NCBI GenBank assembly: GCA_963656685.1
Contig: CAVKJJ010000005.1
Coordinates: forward strand, 13,461-37,460
From: a bacterium
Lineage (GTDB): Bacteria > Bacteroidota > Bacteroidia > Bacteroidales > Bacteroidaceae
Length of the DNA: 24,000 nucleotides
Reading direction: 5' to 3'
Shown here: one piece after another, positions 18,652 through 24,000 of the stretch
Layout of the letters: every line of letters starts with the position of its first letter
Position numbering within the stretch: position 1 is the first letter of the stretch
The notes under the pieces: model-generated
The model's input: the letters and a program-made list of their open reading frames with translations, nothing else
Databases searched by the model: none
What the model was told of the DNA's origin: nothing
Translations under genes and position numbers: made by a program

Positions 18652-19563
18652 ATGGGCCACATCAAAGCCATCTTACTCACATTATGCCTATTGGCAAACT
18701 TCTCGCTTTATGCGACCAAATGGTCAGCACAAACGTTGCCAATGCCATATTTGCAAGACGAGCGAAAGCATGTATGCAACCCAGACCAGGTAATTTCGAC
18801 TGCCGCAGAAGACTCCATCAACGCAAGACTCTACGCCCTTGAGCACGACAAAGGGATTCAAGCTATTTTCGTAGCAGTTGAGCACATTGACGGAGATGAC
18901 CCTTACTCATTCGGCATGGAACTAGGCAGAAAGTACGGCATTGGTTCGAAAGACAACACGGGTTTGATTGTCATTCTCGCATCAAAAGACCGCAGTTATC
19001 AGATTCTCACCGGCAACGGACTTGAGGGATCTCTCCCCGATGCCATTTGCCGAAGAATAGAAAACCGCACCATGGTGCCGTTGCTTCAAGAAGAAAAATG
19101 GAGCGAGGCTTTGGTTGAGACTGCAAGAGACATTGACCGCTACATCCGAAAAGACCCAACGCTATCGTACGACAATGATGAAGATGACGACAGTGCAGAA
19201 GAGTTTAGTCTTGTTGCCTTAGCTTTCGTACTTACTATAGGCATCGGAAGTTTTGCTTTCACCCGTTTCAAAAGACGCAAGCGGTGCCCACAATGTGGAC
19301 ACTATCCAATGAAGAACCTCAGCCGAAAGCGTGTTCGCAACATAGCCACAAACAGTTTTCACATTAGAGTGGAGCGACAATGCCCGAAGTGCGGATTCAA
19401 AAAGACCGATTTTGAAGACGACGTGCAAAACCACAATGACACAGGCGGACTCTTTCCTCCACCTTTCATTGGAGGAACGGGGCACAGCAGCGGAAGTTCC
19501 TTTGGCGGAGGCAGTTTCGGCGGTGGTAGTTTCGGTGGAGGCGGAAGCGGCGGACGTTTCTAA
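18652..19563 (+). CDS. TPM-domain (YgcG-like) membrane protein with a cytoplasmic CxxC...CxxC zinc ribbon and a Gly-rich tail
   Basis: The parts, in order, are a signal peptide (MGHIKAILLTLCLLANFSLYA) and a TPM-like core (IQAIFVAVEHIDG...TGLIVILASKDRSYQILTGNGLEG). These are followed by an acidic linker, a TM helix, RCPQCG...QCPKCG and a GGSFGGGSFGGGGSGGRF tail. Confidence 0.85.
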   Translation: MGHIKAILLTLCLLANFSLYATKWSAQTLPMPYLQDERKHVCNPDQVISTAAEDSINARLYALEHDKGIQAIFVAVEHIDGDDPYSFGMELGRKYGIGSKDNTGLIVILASKDRSYQILTGNGLEGSLPDAICRRIENRTMVPLLQEEKWSEALVETARDIDRYIRKDPTLSYDNDEDDDSAEEFSLVALAFVLTIGIGSFAFTRFKRRKRCPQCGHYPMKNLSRKRVRNIATNSFHIRVERQCPKCGFKKTDFEDDVQNHNDTGGLFPPPFIGGTGHSSGSSFGGGSFGGGSFGGGGSGGRF

Positions 19564-19663
19564 AAATGCGCTCAACGTGCCATATCCGTTTCACTCTCGT
19601 TCCACTTTATAGGAATACTCTACACAGGAAACGTGTTTAGGCTTTTATTTCACTTCTCACATT

Positions 19664-19703
19664 ACTATAAAGAAGCGTACACAACTATAAAGAAGCGTAC
19701 ACA
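19664..19703. repeat. Perfect 20-bp tandem duplication upstream of the LemA-family gene
   Basis: actataaagaagcgtacaca occurs at 19664-19683 and again at 19684-19703. The repeat ends 16 nt before the ATG at 19720. Confidence 0.95.
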
Positions 19704-19719
19704 CTACAACAAATAAAAT

Positions 19720-20319
19720 ATGGCTCTACTCAAAAGAAACCAGACCATTCTAATAGGACTTGGCATCGTGGTGCTCATCGTAGCGTTCTTCACATTCCAC
19801 TCCTACAACTTGCTCGTAGCAAAAGACGAAGCCGTGGCAACTGCTTGGGGCAACGTACAGACGCAATACCAACGACGTGCCGACCTCATCCCCAACCTCG
19901 TAAATACAGTAAAGGGCTACGCCAAGCACGAGAGCGGCACGCTTAAAGAAGTGGTTGAAGCCCGTTCGAAAGCCACACAGATTAAGGTTGACTCCGACGA
20001 TTTAACCCCCGAAAAACTCAAACAAATCCAAGCAGCGCAAGGTGAACTATCGCAAGCCCTCGGTCGACTGCTTGCCATTACGGAGTCGTACCCCGAACTT
20101 AAAGCAAACGAAAATTTCTCAGAACTACAGGCTCAACTCGAGGGTACAGAAAACCGCATCAACGAAAGCCGTCAACTCTACAACGAATCTGTACAAAGCT
20201 ACAACGTGTCAGTACGTTCGTTCCCCAAAAACATCGTAGCCGGAATGTTCGGTTTTGAAAAGAAAACGCAATTCGAAGCCGAAGCCGGTACAGAAAAAGC
20301 GCCAAGCGTAGAATTCTAA
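19720..20319 (+). CDS. LemA family protein
   Basis: 199 aa with an N-terminal TM helix and the typical LemA core (AWGNVQTQYQRRADLIPNLVNTVKGYAKHE...YPELKANENF...YNESVQSYN). Confidence 0.93.
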   Translation: MALLKRNQTILIGLGIVVLIVAFFTFHSYNLLVAKDEAVATAWGNVQTQYQRRADLIPNLVNTVKGYAKHESGTLKEVVEARSKATQIKVDSDDLTPEKLKQIQAAQGELSQALGRLLAITESYPELKANENFSELQAQLEGTENRINESRQLYNESVQSYNVSVRSFPKNIVAGMFGFEKKTQFEAEAGTEKAPSVEF

Positions 20320-20393
20320 TGAACATCTATGCGGGACAAGTGCAAGACACCTATCCCGTCAAAACAATAAATCCAACACAGCCAACCACAACA

Positions 20394-21563
20394 ATGGACA
20401 GCAACCAACGTTATATGATGCGCGGTGTATCCGCCATGAAAGAGGACGTTCATAACGCCATCAAGAACATCGACAAGGGCATCTTCCCGCAAGCATTCTG
20501 CAAAATCATTCCCGACATTCTAGGAGGCGACCCCGAATACTGCAACATCATGCATGCCGATGGCGCAGGCACGAAGTCAAGCCTCGCTTACATGTATTGG
20601 AAAGAGACCGGCGACCTCTCCGTTTGGAAAGGCATAGCTCAGGACGCACTTATCATGAACACCGACGACCTCCTCTGCGTAGGTGCCGTGGACAACATCC
20701 TCGTAAGCTCCACCATAGGTCGCAACAAAATGCTCATTCCAGGCGAAGTAATCTCCGCAATCATCAACGGAACGGACGAACTGCTCCAGCAAATGCGCGA
20801 CATGGGCGTAGGCATCTACGCTACCGGTGGTGAAACGGCTGATGTCGGCGACCTCGTGCGTACCATCATCGTTGACTCTACTGTGACATGTCGCATGAAG
20901 CGTTCCGACGTAATCAACAATGCCAACATTCGTCCAGGCGACGTCATCGTAGGTCTTTCCTCCTGCGGACAGGCCACTTACGAGAAGGAATACAACGGAG
21001 GAATGGGTTCCAATGGACTTACTTCCGCACGCCACGACGTATTTGCCAAATACCTTGCAGAGAAATATCCCGAAAGCTACGACCACGCCGTACCTGAAGA
21101 ACTCGTCTACAGTGGCGGCTACAAACTGACCGACGCCGTAGAAGGTTCACCCGTCAATGCCGGTAAACTCGTACTCTCCCCCACCCGTACCTATGCCCCC
21201 GTGGTGAAGAAGTTGCTCGACGTTATGCGCAGCGAAATACATGGTATGGTACACTGCACTGGCGGCGCACAGACTAAGGTGCTCCACTTCGTAGGTGACA
21301 ATTGTCGTGTAATTAAGGACAACATGTTCCCCGTACCTCCCCTCTTCCGCGCCATTGCTCAGCAGAGCGGCACAGATTGGGCTGAGATGTACAAAGTGTT
21401 CAACATGGGCCACCGTCTTGAAGTCTACGTATCGCCCGAAATGGCCGAACAAGTCATTGCGGTAAGCAAGAGCTTCAACATCGACGCGCAAATAGTAGGC
21501 CACATAGAAGAAGGTCCGCGCTCACTGACGATAAAGAGCGAGTTTGGCGAATTCAACTATTGA
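20394..21563 (+). CDS. purM: AIR synthase-family protein (PurM-like phosphoribosylformylglycinamidine cyclo-ligase, long Bacteroidota form)
   Basis: ADGAGTKSSLA and FNMGHRLEV resemble the PurM motifs (xDGxGTK; FNMGxG). The start is chosen at MDSNQRYMMRGVSA (20394). The alternative ATG at 20319 overlaps the LemA stop (TAATG). Confidence 0.75.
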   Translation: MDSNQRYMMRGVSAMKEDVHNAIKNIDKGIFPQAFCKIIPDILGGDPEYCNIMHADGAGTKSSLAYMYWKETGDLSVWKGIAQDALIMNTDDLLCVGAVDNILVSSTIGRNKMLIPGEVISAIINGTDELLQQMRDMGVGIYATGGETADVGDLVRTIIVDSTVTCRMKRSDVINNANIRPGDVIVGLSSCGQATYEKEYNGGMGSNGLTSARHDVFAKYLAEKYPESYDHAVPEELVYSGGYKLTDAVEGSPVNAGKLVLSPTRTYAPVVKKLLDVMRSEIHGMVHCTGGAQTKVLHFVGDNCRVIKDNMFPVPPLFRAIAQQSGTDWAEMYKVFNMGHRLEVYVSPEMAEQVIAVSKSFNIDAQIVGHIEEGPRSLTIKSEFGEFNY

Positions 21564-21618
21564 TTCAAGGCGAAAAGAGAAACCACACGCACCGCCACAT
21601 TCGAAACATCTCATCCCG

Positions 21619-21831
21619 ATGACCAGACGAAAGACTTTTGAAGCCATTTACATGACCGCGTGCATGCTCTGCCTCGGTTTCCTCCTCGGATTCGAGTATC
21701 AAGAACTGGTCCACAAAGAGGCGGGATTCGTACGATGGACGGGAGGCATCCTCGCCGTTATCGGTTGGTGTTGCATCCTATGGAAAGCAGCATTCCGCTT
21801 CTTCCGCCCATCCAAAAGAAAAAGACAATAA
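21619..21831 (+). CDS. Small putative membrane protein (70 aa, two hydrophobic helices)
   Basis: From the ATG at 21619: MTRRKTFEAIYMTACMLCLGFLLGF...WTGGILAVIGWCCILW...RPSKRKRQ. It ends 6 nt before prfA. No family was recognised. The track start (TTG at 21544) would overlap purM. Confidence 0.4.
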   Translation: MTRRKTFEAIYMTACMLCLGFLLGFEYQELVHKEAGFVRWTGGILAVIGWCCILWKAAFRFFRPSKRKRQ

Positions 21832-21837
21832 CCAGAA

Positions 21838-22950
21838 ATGGCTGACAACAACACACTGCTTGAAAAACTGAACGGCCTCGTTTCACGTTTTGAAGAAGTA
21901 AGCACACTTATCACCGACCCGTCCGTCATAGCCGACCAGCAACGTTACGTTCGCCTCACGCGCGAATACAAAGAGTTGGAAAACCTCATGGCGGCACGCA
22001 AGGAATATGCATCGCTCATCAGCAACCTAGAAGAGAGCAAGAACATTCTTCTCAACGAGTCTGACCCAGAACTCAAGGAAATGGCCCGCGAAGAAGTTGC
22101 AACTTGCGAGAAGTCCATACCCGGCATGGAAGAGCAAATCAAACTCATGCTGGTGCCGAAGGATCCCGAAGACGCCAAGAACGCAATACTTGAAATACGT
22201 GGCGGAACAGGAGGTGACGAAGCAGCACTCTTTGCCGGTGACCTATTCCGCATGTATAGCAAATACTGCGAACGCAAAGGTTGGAAACTCGAAGTGTCCA
22301 GCGCTAGCGAAGGCGCAGCAGGAGGCTTTAAGGAAATTGTCTGCTCCGTAACGGGTGCCGACGTCTACGGTACACTCAAATACGAGAGTGGCGTTCACCG
22401 CGTGCAACGCGTCCCTGCCACCGAAACGCAAGGTAGAGTACACACCTCTGCCGCAACCGTTGCCGTCCTTCCCGAAGCTGAGGCTTTTGACGTAGTCATC
22501 AATGAAGGCGAAATAAAATGGGATACATTCCGCTCTAGCGGTGCTGGCGGTCAGAACGTAAATAAGGTAGAATCCGGAGTACGTCTCCGTTACAATTGGA
22601 AGAACCCCAACACGGGCGTAGTAGAGGAGATTCTCATAGAATGTACCGAAACCCGCGACCAGCCGAAAAACAAGGAACGCGCTCTCGCACGCCTACGCAC
22701 GTTCATCTACGACCGCGAACACCAGAAGTACGTTGACGACATTGCTTCGCGCCGCAAGACGCTAGTAAGCACCGGTGACCGCTCAGCAAAAATACGTACT
22801 TACAATTATCCCCAAGGGCGCATCACCGACCACCGCATCAACTACACCATCTATAACCTTCAGGCTTTCATGGACGGCGACATCCAGGACTGCATAGACC
22901 ATCTCGTAGTAGCAGAAAATGCCGAACGTCTGCGCGAAGCGGAGATGTAA
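21838..22950 (+). CDS. prfA: Peptide chain release factor 1
   Basis: 370 aa with the RF1-specific PAT tripeptide (RVPATETQGRVHTS) and the GGQ motif (SGAGGQNVNK). Confidence 0.97.
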   Translation: MADNNTLLEKLNGLVSRFEEVSTLITDPSVIADQQRYVRLTREYKELENLMAARKEYASLISNLEESKNILLNESDPELKEMAREEVATCEKSIPGMEEQIKLMLVPKDPEDAKNAILEIRGGTGGDEAALFAGDLFRMYSKYCERKGWKLEVSSASEGAAGGFKEIVCSVTGADVYGTLKYESGVHRVQRVPATETQGRVHTSAATVAVLPEAEAFDVVINEGEIKWDTFRSSGAGGQNVNKVESGVRLRYNWKNPNTGVVEEILIECTETRDQPKNKERALARLRTFIYDREHQKYVDDIASRRKTLVSTGDRSAKIRTYNYPQGRITDHRINYTIYNLQAFMDGDIQDCIDHLVVAENAERLREAEM

Positions 22951-22977
22951 CGGAGCGTCACAACAACAACTTGTTCC

Positions 22978-23163
22978 ATGAGCGACGGAAACTATAACAG
23001 AAATCTTCTCCCGTACCATCAGTACGCAAGCGGACTGAGAGCTGGCAAAGCACAAATGCACACAAAAGCGCTTACAGCTTTTCGTCAATGGCTCGAGGAT
23101 GAAGGCTACAGCAAAGAGGATGCAGAAAAGGCCTTGCTCAAGTTGCGCACCTATCTCGATTGA
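22978..23163 (+). CDS. Small hypothetical protein (61 aa)
   Basis: ATG-initiated ORF 27 nt after prfA with a helix-like, charged C-terminus (ALTAFRQWLEDEGYSKEDAEKALLKLRTYL). No family was recognised. Confidence 0.35.
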   Translation: MSDGNYNRNLLPYHQYASGLRAGKAQMHTKALTAFRQWLEDEGYSKEDAEKALLKLRTYLD

Positions 23164-23229
23164 TGTGCAACGCGGTATGCAAGACATTTCATCACCCCAT
23201 TGCAATCCCAACAGACAAACTTGACACCA

Positions 23230-23652
23230 ATGAAAAGATTCAACAAACTTGCAGCGACCCTGTTCCTTGCCGTCCTTGCAGCAAGTATCGGCATACAAGC
23301 ACGAACCGCAGGAAGCCCCGAAAAGACCATATATGCCTTTGGCTACAGCACGTCTTTGACAGACTCCACCATCTATCTCACCCCCATCTCCACGCTGCCC
23401 AGTGCGTCTATCGACAAGAAGACGCATTTCCTCAACGATAGGACGGAATATACTCATCAGCTGAAGACATTCCTCGAGAGCAAATATCCTGGCCACCAGA
23501 CAAGCGTGATTTTCTTCAACACTTCACGCAAGAAACTTGAAAATCAATATGTAAAGGTAAGACGCTCGGCCAAGAAAAACGCTGCGAACAAAGTAGTGGA
23601 ACTTGAAAGCAACGCATTCAAGTTCTCAGTTGCTCCCCAAGTCTCAGAATAA
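23230..23652 (+). CDS. Hypothetical exported protein (140 aa)
   Basis: The start is chosen at MKRFNKLAATLFLAVLAASIGIQA (signal peptide). The rest has ordinary composition and no recognised family. Confidence 0.55.
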   Translation: MKRFNKLAATLFLAVLAASIGIQARTAGSPEKTIYAFGYSTSLTDSTIYLTPISTLPSASIDKKTHFLNDRTEYTHQLKTFLESKYPGHQTSVIFFNTSRKKLENQYVKVRRSAKKNAANKVVELESNAFKFSVAPQVSE

Positions 23653-23730
23653 CATCACCTGCGGTTCCTATCTGCAGTAACATGATGTCCATACGGGCAT
23701 CATGCTTATTATACCAACAACAAGTTTCCG

Positions 23731-24000
23731 ATGCCACACCCCTCACCCACCTCGCACCGAATAGAACTCTCAATTGCCGGTATCAACTTCGCCATAACGG
23801 CAACCGACACGCAGCGCATAAAGCGGCTTCTACCCTCCTATGCTCCATTCCAAAGGAAAAAAGACGATACGAAGGTACAGCACACAGCCGAAGAGTCCCC
23901 GGTGAAGGTTGAAGTAAAGGACGATTTCAGTTGCGAGGAAGAACTTTTCAGTCCCGTTCACGAGTTCTTCACGATGGACATCCGCCAGGAAGTGTTCCAA
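23731..24000 (+). CDS. Hypothetical protein, N-terminal part (runs off the right edge)
   Basis: The frame is open from the ATG at 23731 to the window end (MPHPSPTSHRIELSIAGINFAITATDTQRIKRLLPSYAPF...). An in-frame stop lies at 23683-23685. It is absent from the ORF track because it has no stop codon inside the window. Confidence 0.4.
   Translation, partial: MPHPSPTSHRIELSIAGINFAITATDTQRIKRLLPSYAPFQRKKDDTKVQHTAEESPVKVEVKDDFSCEEELFSPVHEFFTMDIRQEVFQ

Noticed and set aside
18440-18793. 117-aa + ORF overlapping the TPM gene start
   Set aside because: It has a non-ATG start and a low-complexity translation of the G-poor intergenic region. It overlaps the better-supported TPM-domain ORF, which has a signal peptide.
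22783-23496. 237-aa ORF on the minus strand
   Set aside because: It overlaps the 3' end of prfA and two + strand ORFs. It is Cys-rich with no motif or signal. The + strand ORFs have better starts and a signal peptide.
23682-23912. 76-aa + ORF
   Set aside because: It competes with the open frame starting at 23731, which continues to the window end and has more protein-like composition. It is Arg/His/Cys-rich, so probably spurious.

Overview
This looks like a chromosomal window from a Bacteroidota genome, and the gene content resembles Prevotella or Segatella. That taxonomic call is inference from protein families, TAnnTTTG-type -7 boxes and the absence of Shine-Dalgarno sites. I could not run any search.

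I support about 24 coding regions. Most are housekeeping genes: glyA, pyrB-pyrI plus a flavin reductase-like gene, def, ruvX, serS, a PurM-like AIR synthase and prfA. There is also an exported GH2 beta-galactosidase next to an exported YhcH/EbgC-family protein, a large TPR protein, and a TPM-domain/LemA membrane pair. I found no tRNA, rRNA, CRISPR array or transposase.

The best candidate for an undescribed system is the co-directional, tightly spaced cluster at the left edge (1-4352, possibly to 4747). It encodes a nucleotidyltransferase (5' end cut by the window), an ATP-grasp enzyme with an ITPK1-like D-x-N metal motif, a CDP-alcohol phosphatidyltransferase-family membrane protein with shifted motif spacing, a stand-alone MprF-type flippase-like membrane protein and a HAD phosphatase. 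This gene set fits a polar head-group (possibly inositol-type) activation, transfer, dephosphorylation, modification and translocation pathway.

Two unusually long non-coding gaps (4748-5412 and 17908-18651) share a related array of 21-bp phased A-tract/AAGGCAY units. The first gap also holds a 33-bp perfect inverted repeat, extendable to about 45 bp with G.U pairs on the + strand only, and a 44-nt perfect palindrome. Most other long ORFs in the six-frame track are antisense shadows of real genes and were rejected.
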